A stretch of DNA of 64,000 nt from Spirochaetaceae bacterium (lineage in GTDB: Bacteria; Spirochaetota; Spirochaetia; DSM-2461), in the NCBI GenBank assembly GCA_051531975.1, contig JAOPTT010000020.1:32001-96000 (forward strand). The letters run 5' to 3'. Below are positions 29,407-39,674 of this stretch, one piece after another. Position numbers and translations under genes: made by a program. Below the pieces are notes generated by a model that saw nothing but the letters and a program-made list of their open reading frames with translations, was not told the DNA's origin and searched no databases. The first letter of the stretch is position 1; every line of letters begins with the position of its first letter.

Positions 29407-30792
29407 ATGAAAAAAAATATTGTATTCTTTTTTACCGATGATCAGCGATTTGATACTATAGCTGCTTTAGGAAACAAAGATATCATAACACCTAATATGG
29501 ACAGGCTTGTTAATAGTGGAACAACATTTACCCACGCCCATATTCCCTGTGGAACATCCGGCGCAGTTTGCATGCCTAGTAGAGCTATGTTACATACAGG
29601 TAGAACTCTTTTCCATCTACAAAACGAAGGGCAGGAAATCCCAAAAGAACATATTACATTAGGCGAAACATTACAAAAAGCAGGCTATGAGACTTTTGGT
29701 ACAGGGAAATGGCATAATGGAACATCATCTTATGCTAGAAGTTTTACAGCAGGCGGAGAAATATTTTTTGGTGGAATGTTTGATCATTGGAATGTCCCTG
29801 CATATAATTTTGATCCGACAGGGAAGTATGATAAAACTGTGCCATATACTACCGCTGCATTTAGTTCCAGAAAATTAAATATTATGAACACTGATCATAT
29901 CACCCCTGGTAAACACTCTTCGGAACTGTTTGGAGATGTATCAGCAGAGTGGATCAAAAATTATAATTCCGATAAACCATTTTTCAGTTATATTTCATTT
30001 ATGGCTCCCCACGATCCAAGAACTATGCCTGAAAAATTTAAAAATATGTACAGTGCAAAAGATATTCCACTACCGGAAAATTATCTGCCTGAACACCCTT
30101 TTGATTTTGGTATAAGGAACTTAAGGGATGAAGTATTAGCCCCATATCCAAGACAACCCCAGGAAGTTAAAGAACATATTGCAGAATATTATGGAATGAT
30201 AACCCATCTGGATAACGAGATGGGTAAAGTCATAAAAGCTGTTGAAGATAGAGGAGAGCTTGAAAATACACTATTCATTTTTGCAGGTGATAACGGTTTA
30301 GCTTTAGGTCAACATGGACTGTTTGGTAAACAAAACCACTATGAACACAGTATCCGTGTACCACTAATTTTTTCAGGACCTGGTATTCCAAAAAATGAAT
30401 TAAGGGATTCATATGCATATCTACTAGATATTTTCCCAACTATTTGTGAATACCTGCAGGTAGACAAACCGGAAACTGTAGAGGGAATAAGTTTATTGCC
30501 TCTAATAGAAGATGTAAAAAAAATAAATAGGCATACACTCTATTTTGCTTTCACAGATATTATGCGAGGGGTAAAAGATAGGCAATATAAACTTATTGAA
30601 TATGCAACACCATGTTGTAGAAAAACTCAACTTTTTGATCTTATAAATGATCCACACGAAATGAATGATCTATCTGATGATGAAGATTACCTTAGTATTA
30701 AAAACTGTCTAAGAAGTCAAATGTTTATATTAAGAGATGAATGGGATGATCGAAAACATCCACTTGGAAAAAAATACTGGGATAGGTATTAG
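29407..30792 (+). CDS. S1 sulfatase (choline-sulfatase-like annotation class)
   Basis: NIVFFFTDDQR, GAVCMPSR, GKWHN, APHDPR, GDNG. Confidence 0.92.
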   Translation: MKKNIVFFFTDDQRFDTIAALGNKDIITPNMDRLVNSGTTFTHAHIPCGTSGAVCMPSRAMLHTGRTLFHLQNEGQEIPKEHITLGETLQKAGYETFGTGKWHNGTSSYARSFTAGGEIFFGGMFDHWNVPAYNFDPTGKYDKTVPYTTAAFSSRKLNIMNTDHITPGKHSSELFGDVSAEWIKNYNSDKPFFSYISFMAPHDPRTMPEKFKNMYSAKDIPLPENYLPEHPFDFGIRNLRDEVLAPYPRQPQEVKEHIAEYYGMITHLDNEMGKVIKAVEDRGELENTLFIFAGDNGLALGQHGLFGKQNHYEHSIRVPLIFSGPGIPKNELRDSYAYLLDIFPTICEYLQVDKPETVEGISLLPLIEDVKKINRHTLYFAFTDIMRGVKDRQYKLIEYATPCCRKTQLFDLINDPHEMNDLSDDEDYLSIKNCLRSQMFILRDEWDDRKHPLGKKYWDRY

Positions 30793-30801
30793 GAGAGAAT
30801 A

Positions 30802-33063
30802 TTGAATAAACATCATAATATAATAGCAGATAAAACATTACAGGTCGCACTAGATACAGTCAAATCTATCTATGCCACAGATAAAAATGCACATATAGAT
30901 ATACTTTTAGAAGATAGATACTATTTTGTGGATCATACGCTAATAATTGCTGGAGACTATTCTCCTGGATCAGATGGACGTTTAACTTTTAAAGCCTTAA
31001 ACAGTAGCAAACCTATTATTGGTTCTGGTACTAAGGTATTTGACTGGAAACCAGTAGATACCTGTAATATTCCGGATTATATTAAATTATCAGATGAACA
31101 GAGATCAAAATTATTTGTATCAAATGTTCCTGGGGATATAGATGATGTAAAATGCCTATTCAAAAATGATAAAATTTTACAGAGAGGAAAAAGTCGACCT
31201 TTAGAAGCCAGGGTTACAAAATATGAGATGCTAAAAAGTTTTAATGTTGCCAATGAGTCTGACCGAAAACTTCTAAAACAAGTTCCTGTTCCTGGAAAAG
31301 AGTTAGAAAAAATAAGGTTTTCAGAGGATCTTGATATACTTTTTACAGCTGTACCATGGCAGTTATCGATACTTCCTGTAGAAAGATTTGATATAGAAAA
31401 TGGATTTGTTTATACAAAGGAAGAGGGTACAGTTCCTGCATGTATGAAACTACATGAACCTTCATGGCTTGAAAATCAACCAGAATTCATCTCTAATCCT
31501 GGAGAATGGGCTTATGATTCAAAGTTGAAAATGATCTTTTATTGGCCAGTACAGCCCTCCGATCTTTCCGACATTGTAATTCCAACATTAAAGAACTTAA
31601 TTACTGTAGAAGGTTCAATCGACTATGATGGTCCAGTAGATAGTCCAGTTAATAATATTCATTTTAGTGGAATAACATTTAAACATGGGATAAGGGATAC
31701 AAAAGACTCTCTATCAAAAGCTAGAGGACTTCAACATGACTGGGAATTTTTTGATAGATCTAATGCATTATTACAATTTAGAGGAACACAAAACTGTAGT
31801 GTATCAAACTGCCGATTTACAACAACAGGTGGAGTGGCTATTAGAGGTGATCTGCATGTTCAGAACTTGTTAATTGAAAATAGTATGATTGATAATATTG
31901 GTTCAATGGGAATCCTTTTATGTGGCTATGGTCCTGGTTCCAAGGATGTTAATAAAAATAATACTATCAGAAATAATATAATCCACCACACAGGGGAGAT
32001 TTATCACCATGGACACGCCATCTTTTTATGGCAGAGTGGGAATAATAAGGTATCACATAATACAATTCACCACGTTCCTAGAAAAGCAATTGGAATCGCA
32101 GGTCTCAGGCTTCCACTTTTAGAACTAAGAGAGGTAACTTGGGATGATTCATCATTATTAATCCGATGGGACGAAATTGATAAGGCTACTAATGGTCTAG
32201 GTCTTGAACTAACAAATAAAATTAAAAAATCTGAAATAGATGGGGATGATTTGGTAACAGATAATCTTCGTGGAGAATTATGGAAGTTATATCTGGATTT
32301 TCTGCATGGTCGTAATAATATAATTGAGTATAATAACGTATATCGTGCTCTGGACAAGCTTGGTGATGGTGCTGCAATAAATATTTCAGGAGCAGGAGTT
32401 GGTAACATTATCTACAGAAATTATGTACATCATGTTACAACACACCACGCTTCAGGTCTAATGAGAACCGATGACTGGCAATCAGGTACTACTTTTCAGG
32501 AGAATGTTCTATATAAAGCTAATGTCTCTGGGATAGTTAGAAAAAACATGACCCATCTGGTAAATAACTATATTATAGATGTAAGTACAAAGCAGACGGT
32601 TCGTTTTGCTTCATATCCAAATGAAAGTTCTACCAAAGGGGCACTAATAAATAAGAACATATTCCTTGAAACAGAGAGTCCTTTTGTTTTGTATAATGAG
32701 GGATATACAAGTCCTGGGATGGTTCATATCTCCGATGTTAACTCAGATTTTAATATCATTCATAACCTTTCTAACTCAAATATCTCAGAGGAATTATTAG
32801 ATCAAAACCGGAGAAATTTACTTGATAACAATAGTTTAAATAAGGACCCCCAATTATTAGACCTTAAAAATGAAGACTTTAGACTATCACCTGATTCTCC
32901 ATGCCATTCCTTGGGTATACTTTCTATTGATATTAAAGAGATGGGAATTACCAATGAATATCCAGAAGATTTACTACAGTTTGACGATGATCCTGGTTAC
33001 GGAGACCCAGAAGTTTATCACCGTGGTAGAAACAACGACAAAAAGGAGTATCTATTTTGGTAG
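30802..33063 (+). CDS. GH141-like right-handed parallel beta-helix glycoside hydrolase (putative fucosidase/exo-fucanase)
   Basis: WLENQPEFISNPGEWAYD, QHDWEFFD, Asn-ladder repeats (NNTIRNNIIH, NNKVSHNTIH, NNIIEYNNV), LGDGAAIN, RTDD. Confidence 0.78.
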   Translation: MNKHHNIIADKTLQVALDTVKSIYATDKNAHIDILLEDRYYFVDHTLIIAGDYSPGSDGRLTFKALNSSKPIIGSGTKVFDWKPVDTCNIPDYIKLSDEQRSKLFVSNVPGDIDDVKCLFKNDKILQRGKSRPLEARVTKYEMLKSFNVANESDRKLLKQVPVPGKELEKIRFSEDLDILFTAVPWQLSILPVERFDIENGFVYTKEEGTVPACMKLHEPSWLENQPEFISNPGEWAYDSKLKMIFYWPVQPSDLSDIVIPTLKNLITVEGSIDYDGPVDSPVNNIHFSGITFKHGIRDTKDSLSKARGLQHDWEFFDRSNALLQFRGTQNCSVSNCRFTTTGGVAIRGDLHVQNLLIENSMIDNIGSMGILLCGYGPGSKDVNKNNTIRNNIIHHTGEIYHHGHAIFLWQSGNNKVSHNTIHHVPRKAIGIAGLRLPLLELREVTWDDSSLLIRWDEIDKATNGLGLELTNKIKKSEIDGDDLVTDNLRGELWKLYLDFLHGRNNIIEYNNVYRALDKLGDGAAINISGAGVGNIIYRNYVHHVTTHHASGLMRTDDWQSGTTFQENVLYKANVSGIVRKNMTHLVNNYIIDVSTKQTVRFASYPNESSTKGALINKNIFLETESPFVLYNEGYTSPGMVHISDVNSDFNIIHNLSNSNISEELLDQNRRNLLDNNSLNKDPQLLDLKNEDFRLSPDSPCHSLGILSIDIKEMGITNEYPEDLLQFDDDPGYGDPEVYHRGRNNDKKEYLFW

Positions 33064-34535
33064 AGGAAAAAATAGAAAACAGTTGGGAATCATTAATAAA
33101 CCATGGTATTCCAGAGTGGATGCTTGATCAAAAATTTGGAATCTATGCACACTTAGGACTATATTCTGTTCCGGGTTTTGGTAACGAATGGTATGAAAAG
33201 CATATGCATGACCCAAGTAGTGATATATATCAGAAACATATTGATGAATTTGGACCAACAGCAGATTTTAGCTATCTAGATTTTTTACCTAAATTGACAG
33301 CAGATAAATTTGATGCAGCAGAGTGGGCTGAGTTATTTAAACTCTCAGGAGCAAATTATGCCGGTCTCTCTCTGGCACATCATGATGGTTTTGGGCTCTG
33401 GGATAGTGATGTATATAAATGGAACGTAGGGAAAATGGGGCCAAAGAGGGATCTTTATGGTGAACTTGCTACAGAGATTAAAAAAAGAGGGATGAAACTT
33501 GTGGCCCCTTTCCATATTTTACGTGGATATAACTGGGTTCTTCCAGAGTGGAATCAATGGGATCAGTCATGGAATGAGGATGTTGTAGAACAAGGGAAAA
33601 AAGAAGGCTGGCAGATCTTTGATGCAAAATATAAAAACTTTTATTGGAATCAGATTGCTGGGGCGGATTATAAAGACTTTTTATTACAATGGAAGGAATC
33701 AATAAAAGAAGTAATAGATAAATATGAACCAGACCTAATGTGGTTTGATGGTGGAAGATTTTCTTTAGGCGAAGTGGAACAATATACTCTAGAAGTTTTA
33801 TCTTATTATCTTAATAAAAGTATTATGTGGGAAAAAGAGGTTGGTGTCTTTAATAAACTCCCAGTAAGCCTTATATATAACTTTCCTGAAGAATTTGGAA
33901 TCAGTCAGTTTGAAGAAGGCAGAGATAGACCTGAAGTTATGACTAGGCCATGGAATGATGATATGAAAATAAGTCATGGTTCCTGGGGTTGGACAGAAGG
34001 ACAAACATATAGATCAGGTAAGGAGATTCTACATGGTCTTATAGACCGTACAGCAAGAGGCGGCAGTCTCATGTTATCACTATGTCCTAAAGCTGATGGT
34101 TCCATTTGTGAAGAGCAGAAAACATCCCTTAGAATTGTTGGTGAATGGTTAAAATATAACGATGAAGCAATTACTGGAACCAGACCATGGCTTTTACATG
34201 GAGAAGGGGATATACAAAAGTTAAAAGTTAAAAATGATAAGGGCAAGATATATTGGAAATATGATAAATGTAATGGAAATGATATTAGATATACAATGTC
34301 TAAGGATGGCAATATTATTTACGGTATAACTCTTGGTTGGCCAGGTGATAATGTTTATTTTAAATCACTTGGATTATTATCAAAATATCTTAATAAAGAG
34401 ATTAGCCATATTCAACTTCTAGGGTCTAAATCAAAGACTGTTTGGAAACAGGACGATAGTGCATGCAATGTAAAACTTGATCCTAATTTAGATAGGAACT
34501 TATTAGCTTATACCTGGAGAATAAGATTAAAATAA
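33057..34535 (+). CDS. GH29 alpha-L-fucosidase
   Basis: IPEWMLDQKFGIYAHLGLYSVP, HHDGFGLWDS, MWFDG, PKADG, GTRPW. Confidence 0.9.
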   Translation: MVEEKIENSWESLINHGIPEWMLDQKFGIYAHLGLYSVPGFGNEWYEKHMHDPSSDIYQKHIDEFGPTADFSYLDFLPKLTADKFDAAEWAELFKLSGANYAGLSLAHHDGFGLWDSDVYKWNVGKMGPKRDLYGELATEIKKRGMKLVAPFHILRGYNWVLPEWNQWDQSWNEDVVEQGKKEGWQIFDAKYKNFYWNQIAGADYKDFLLQWKESIKEVIDKYEPDLMWFDGGRFSLGEVEQYTLEVLSYYLNKSIMWEKEVGVFNKLPVSLIYNFPEEFGISQFEEGRDRPEVMTRPWNDDMKISHGSWGWTEGQTYRSGKEILHGLIDRTARGGSLMLSLCPKADGSICEEQKTSLRIVGEWLKYNDEAITGTRPWLLHGEGDIQKLKVKNDKGKIYWKYDKCNGNDIRYTMSKDGNIIYGITLGWPGDNVYFKSLGLLSKYLNKEISHIQLLGSKSKTVWKQDDSACNVKLDPNLDRNLLAYTWRIRLK

Positions 34536-34545
34536 ACATCTCATT

Positions 34546-34569
34546 TGTAGGGGGTTATAGACCCCTACA
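34546..34569 (+). terminator. GC-rich stem-loop ending the sulfatase-GH141-GH29 operon
   Basis: TGTAGGGG/CCCCTACA stem. Confidence 0.65.
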
Positions 34570-34792
34570 GTTCAAATATATTTTATCACTGTAATGCATT
34601 TTATTTCCCTTAATCAATTAATATATTTTTATCTCTAATTATATGCTTTCTTTAATCATAAGATATAAAAGATTAGAAATACCCTAAAAATATAGTACAC
34701 TTGTATTATAACAAAATAAACATAATGACTGATTTCTAATTCTATTATCCCTTATATAATTTAATTAGATTGGAAAATATAAGGAGATCAAA

Positions 34793-35812
34793 ATGTTATT
34801 TATTAAAAAATTAGTAGTTTTAGTTACAGTAGTTCTGCTTTCATCACTAGGTTCAATTTATGCTCTAGGTAATGAAGAGTTAACAATGGATAATACATTT
34901 AAGCCTGCCCAGATAGTTAAAATTGACTTAGCCAGCTCAAGTTGTATTATACAAAAAGGTTCATCAGATAAAATTGAAGTTCATCTGGAGTATACATACC
35001 CTAAAGAAAATTACACTCCTTTATTTAATGAAGTAGGTAACTCTCTGATTTTAACTGAAAAATTCAGAGGAATAACTATCTCAGGTAAAAGTACATGGAC
35101 AATAACAGTACCTGAAGACACCAAACTGGACATAAGCATCGCATCGGGGAGGGTTAATATCAGCGGTATTACTAAAGGTTTTAAAGTTGGTACAGCTTCA
35201 GGAAGTATAACAACTGAGAATACCTCAGGTTCGATTCACCTATCTTCAGCAAGTGGGAAAATTACAGTTTATGATCAAGACGGAAATGCAAACTTGAGTA
35301 CTGCTAGTGGAAAGATAAACTTAAACTCTATTACAGGTGATATGAAAATAAACAGTGCCAGTGGATCAGTAATTGCTGAAAATATGGTCGGAGATATGGC
35401 CGTAAGTACTGCTTCAGGAAAAATAAACATTGATTCATCAGAGGGTGCTTTTAATGTTAATAGTGCAAGTGGCAATATCAATATGACAAATATTTATATT
35501 ACTGGTGCCAGTACATTTAATGGAGCCTCTAGTGATATTCTTGTTGAACTTTCTAATGGTACAAACTACGATCTTAGCCTTAATACGGCTTCTGGGAATT
35601 CTGTTCTAGACTATAAAGGTCAAGCTGTAAATGGAAAATTTGTATTTACTGCCCGTGAAGATAGAGGTGAGATAATATCGATGATACCTTTTGATACAGA
35701 AACAACATTTGATAAAAATGGATATACATATATGAAAAAAACATTTGTTAAATCAGGAGATACTCCACAGATAGAAATTTCAACTGCATCAGGTAGAGCT
35801 GAGCTAAAATAA
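34793..35812 (+). CDS. Secreted DUF4097-family beta-strand repeat protein
   Basis: Signal peptide; repeated (T/S)ASG.I units at ~19-aa spacing. Confidence 0.8.
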   Translation: MLFIKKLVVLVTVVLLSSLGSIYALGNEELTMDNTFKPAQIVKIDLASSSCIIQKGSSDKIEVHLEYTYPKENYTPLFNEVGNSLILTEKFRGITISGKSTWTITVPEDTKLDISIASGRVNISGITKGFKVGTASGSITTENTSGSIHLSSASGKITVYDQDGNANLSTASGKINLNSITGDMKINSASGSVIAENMVGDMAVSTASGKINIDSSEGAFNVNSASGNINMTNIYITGASTFNGASSDILVELSNGTNYDLSLNTASGNSVLDYKGQAVNGKFVFTAREDRGEIISMIPFDTETTFDKNGYTYMKKTFVKSGDTPQIEISTASGRAELK

Positions 35813-38800
35813 TGATATTTAATATTAGAGAAGGAGTTTTATACTTAATAGTAATCTTCCTTCTCTTTTCCTGTATGGAAACAAAAACAAAATTAACTCT
35901 TCCATCAGAAACAATATCCAACTTATCTTTTACAAGTAAATCTTTAGACAATATTTCTATAAACAACTACCAGATGGATGATGGATTATCTGCAAATTTA
36001 TCAACAAAAGTTCTAGTGGATAAAGAAGGATTTGTATGGATTGGAACAGAGGATGGTCTTAACCGTTATGATGGAAAATCTTTTAATAAGTATAAAACAG
36101 ATCCAGATAGAAGTGACAGCTTAAATAATAATCAGATAACAACAATTTTTGAAGATTCTAAAGGATACCTATGGATAGGCACATATGGTAGCGGGTTAGA
36201 ACTATTTGATAAAAACAGCAACCGTTTTAGGCATTTTAAACATGATTCAAACTGGGATAATACTATTGCCGGTGATTATATTGTTTCGGTTAACCAAGAT
36301 TCAAATGGTTTAATATGGGTAGGCACTGAGGACCATGGTTTAAGCAGTTACAATATGGATAAAAACCTTTGGAATAATTACACTGCATCATCTGAGAGTG
36401 TTTTATCAATTATTGAAGATAGTAAAAAAAGGTTGTGGATTGGAACAAAGAGTGGTCTAAGTCTATTTAACAGAGAAAAAAACGAATTTCAGAATATTTT
36501 AAATGGATATCAAGTAAATGATATAAAATATTATAACAATGATTTATGGATTGCTACAGAGAATAATGGTCTATTAAAGTTCAGTACTTTAGATATGCAG
36601 ATTAAATCCTATTATATAGAAGACAGATCCATAATATCCCTATTTATTGATTCCGTAGAACTGTTATGGATAGGAACAGAGAGTGGCATCAAAGTTTTAA
36701 ACGTTAAGAATGGGGATTTTGTTCCATTAAGATACAATTTTGATAGTCCTGTTTACTCAATAGACGAAGATATGGCTTCAGGTATTTGGTTATCTTCAAA
36801 CAGTGGAATATTTAGAATAGAAAGAAGAACCACATCTTTTAATAGTTATATGGATTTTAAAAGTATTAGTTGTATCACAAAAGATCACTTAAGTAATATA
36901 TGGGTAGCAAATAGTTCCGGGGAAATTAATATCTATAATTCAAAACTAAAAGAATGGAATCTTTGGGATAATCAAATATCAAATAGGGAAATTTTATCAC
37001 TACATTTTACTAAAGATAGTGATCTCTGGGTTGGAACCGATAGAGGATTATTAATGTATTCTAGTTTATCTCATGATTCTAAACCAATTTTCTATCTGGA
37101 TAATTACATAATAAACAGCATAACAAGTGATGTTGGTGTAGTGTGGATAGGAACTGAAAATGGACTATTTTATTTTGATAAAGAGATTGACGATTTTATA
37201 GAGATTAATCTTGAACATAATAAAGTAAATACAGTTTTTATTGACTCTATAGGTAACATTTGGATAGGAACAAAAGGTGGAGGTATCCTATTATATAACA
37301 GATCAAAAAAGAGTTTAAAAAAAGTAGTTATAGATTCAAGACTAAATAAGAATATGAATAGTAATAACATATTAACTTTCTATGAAGACAGATCTGGGAT
37401 TATATGGATAGGAACAAGAGGTGGGTTAATCAGGTTTAATAACACCACACAGATATTCAAAAGATACAGCGAAAGTAGTGGATTACCTAATAATATTGTA
37501 AAGGCAGTTTTAGAAGATGATAAAGGTTATCTCTGGATAAGCACTAATAAGGGGTTGTCCAAATTTAACCCTAAAAATGAAGAGTTTGTGAACTTTAATA
37601 AATTTGATGGTTTAAGCGGAGACATTTATAATGTTAACTCAGCAATATATAGTGATACAGGTATAATGTTTTTTGGTGCAGAGAGTGGAGTTAGTTCATT
37701 TTATCCAGATGATAATTTTAGAAACAGTTACATTCCCAGTATCTATTTTACATCTTTTACGCAAAGTGGTATCCCCCTTGTTTTTAATGAAGCGATAGAG
37801 AATCTGGAAACTATAACTCTAAAATGGCCAAAAAACTCTATTGAGTTTAGTTTTGCAGCTCTAAACTTTTATCAATCGAATCACAATTATTATGCTTATA
37901 AACTAGAGGGATACGACAACTTTTGGAACTACACAAACAGTATAGGATCAGGGCAGTATTCAAATCTCCCTGGAGGCAGATATAAATTAAGAGTCAAAGG
38001 TTCAAATAACGATGGAGTCTGGAATAATACAGGGACATTTATTAACCTAATAATTTATCCTGCTTTTTGGAAAACATGGTGGTTTCGAGGACTATTAATA
38101 ATTTTATTACTATTTCTTATTATATTGATATTTAGGTTAAAAGTTCAGAGTACCCACAATAAAGCTATAGAACTCGAAAATGAAGTAAAGAAGCAGACTA
38201 ATAAAAGAGTTTTGATAGAAAATGAACTTGCAGTAATTTCTGAGAGAACCAGGCTTGCAAGGGATCTGCACGATTCTGTAACTCAAACACTTTTTAGTGC
38301 AAATCTGATTTCAGAAGTCCTACCTGAATTATGGAATAAAAATCCAAACAAAGCAGCAACTAAGACCAGACTTGTTAATACACTAACTAGTGGAGCATTA
38401 GCTGAAATGAGAACACTTTTAAGGGAGTTAAAACCATCTTCAATCACAGAGGTTCCAATGAGTGATCTGCTAAATCAGTTAATAATTATATCAAAAGCTC
38501 AAAGTGGAATTAATATATCTATTAAAACTGAAGAAAATATTACACTTAAACCTGATATACAGATTGTTTTTTATAGAGTAGCCCAGGAGGCGTTAAATAA
38601 TATTGTTAAACACTCTTGTGGTTCAAAAGCTTCAGTAATATTTAAAAGTGATAAAAAGGAAACATTTCTGCGAATAGATGATAACGGGTGTGGTTTTGAT
38701 ACTTCAACTATACCACCGGGGCACTTTGGAATCGGTAATATGAAGGGTAGAGCAATGGACGAAGGTATAAGTTTTAAAATAAATAGCAGTGTTGACTGTG

Positions 38801-38841
38801 GCACAATTATTGAACTTAAGTGGAGAGGGAAGGACATATGA
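35812..38841 (+). CDS. Sensor histidine kinase: double beta-propeller (Reg_prop) + Y_Y_Y + TM + HisKA_3/HATPase
   Basis: Many D..G.LWIGT repeats; YSNLPGGRYKLRVKGSNNDGVW; ERTRLARDLHDSVTQ; EALNNIVKH, DDNGCGF; lipobox-like LFSC. Confidence 0.9.
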   Translation: MIFNIREGVLYLIVIFLLFSCMETKTKLTLPSETISNLSFTSKSLDNISINNYQMDDGLSANLSTKVLVDKEGFVWIGTEDGLNRYDGKSFNKYKTDPDRSDSLNNNQITTIFEDSKGYLWIGTYGSGLELFDKNSNRFRHFKHDSNWDNTIAGDYIVSVNQDSNGLIWVGTEDHGLSSYNMDKNLWNNYTASSESVLSIIEDSKKRLWIGTKSGLSLFNREKNEFQNILNGYQVNDIKYYNNDLWIATENNGLLKFSTLDMQIKSYYIEDRSIISLFIDSVELLWIGTESGIKVLNVKNGDFVPLRYNFDSPVYSIDEDMASGIWLSSNSGIFRIERRTTSFNSYMDFKSISCITKDHLSNIWVANSSGEINIYNSKLKEWNLWDNQISNREILSLHFTKDSDLWVGTDRGLLMYSSLSHDSKPIFYLDNYIINSITSDVGVVWIGTENGLFYFDKEIDDFIEINLEHNKVNTVFIDSIGNIWIGTKGGGILLYNRSKKSLKKVVIDSRLNKNMNSNNILTFYEDRSGIIWIGTRGGLIRFNNTTQIFKRYSESSGLPNNIVKAVLEDDKGYLWISTNKGLSKFNPKNEEFVNFNKFDGLSGDIYNVNSAIYSDTGIMFFGAESGVSSFYPDDNFRNSYIPSIYFTSFTQSGIPLVFNEAIENLETITLKWPKNSIEFSFAALNFYQSNHNYYAYKLEGYDNFWNYTNSIGSGQYSNLPGGRYKLRVKGSNNDGVWNNTGTFINLIIYPAFWKTWWFRGLLIILLLFLIILIFRLKVQSTHNKAIELENEVKKQTNKRVLIENELAVISERTRLARDLHDSVTQTLFSANLISEVLPELWNKNPNKAATKTRLVNTLTSGALAEMRTLLRELKPSSITEVPMSDLLNQLIIISKAQSGINISIKTEENITLKPDIQIVFYRVAQEALNNIVKHSCGSKASVIFKSDKKETFLRIDDNGCGFDTSTIPPGHFGIGNMKGRAMDEGISFKINSSVDCGTIIELKWRGKDI

Positions 38842-39464
38842 TAAAGATATTAATTGTAGATGATCACCAGATGGTGCGTATTGGTTTAGAAACAGCTCTT
38901 TCTATCATCGATGATTTTGAGGTCTGTGGAGAGGCCAAAAACGGTCAGTTAGCCGTGACATTTTGTGAAAAAAATAGTGTTGATGTTATTTTAATGGATC
39001 TGATGATGCCAGTTATGGATGGTATTACTGCAATAAAAAAAATAAAAAATGAATATCCCGATATCAGAATTATAGCGCTTACAAGCTTCCCAGAAGATGA
39101 TCTTGTAGAAAAAGCTATAGAAGCAGGAGCTGATAGTTATCTTCTAAAAGATGTTACAGTTCATAGATTGGAAGAGGCTATTCGTGCTGCATCCCATGGA
39201 GTTCCTACTCTATCGCCTGAAGCCACCCGGGTTTTACTTAATAGTAGAAGAGATAGTAACCGTTTAGGAGATGACCTTACCCCCAGAGAGACGGAAGTTC
39301 TTAAGATTATGGTCAGTGGCCTAAATAATAGACAAATTGGAGAAAAACTATTTATTAGCCGTGCAACAGTTTCTGTCCATGTAAGTAAAATTTTAAGCAA
39401 ACTAAATGTATCCAATAGAGTAGAGGCTGTTACATTGGCAATTAGTTTAAAGCTTTTAAAATAA
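38838..39464 (+). CDS. NarL/LuxR-family response regulator
   Basis: ILIVDDH, LMDLMMPVMDG, LTPRETEVL..SRATVSVHVSKILSKL; start moved to ATG 38838 (ATGA overlap). Confidence 0.93.
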   Translation: MIKILIVDDHQMVRIGLETALSIIDDFEVCGEAKNGQLAVTFCEKNSVDVILMDLMMPVMDGITAIKKIKNEYPDIRIIALTSFPEDDLVEKAIEAGADSYLLKDVTVHRLEEAIRAASHGVPTLSPEATRVLLNSRRDSNRLGDDLTPRETEVLKIMVSGLNNRQIGEKLFISRATVSVHVSKILSKLNVSNRVEAVTLAISLKLLK

Positions 39465-39674
39465 AATCGTCTACCTGTTCTAATAACATAACTTATTACT
39501 AATTAGTTATATTACCTAGTTATTTCATATTTTCTCTTCTTTAATAATCTTAAATTCTAAACTAAACATTTTTTCCTTACTTATTAATTATAAGGAAAAA
39601 ATAAATGTGTATCAGATTAACATGTTATATAATTAAAAAATAACATCTTTAATAAAATTAGGGCGGAGGTATGA

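Noticed and set aside
35100..37560. Recurrent GCxTCAGG/AGTGG and TGGATxGGAAC nucleotide motifs as a repeat array or CRISPR
   Set aside because: They encode protein repeats (DUF4097 ASG units, propeller WIGT blades); no constant repeat-spacer structure and no cas genes
39465..39674. Very AT-rich intergenic stretch as an ncRNA or origin
   Set aside because: No convincing stem-loops, DnaA-box cluster or recognisable RNA motif
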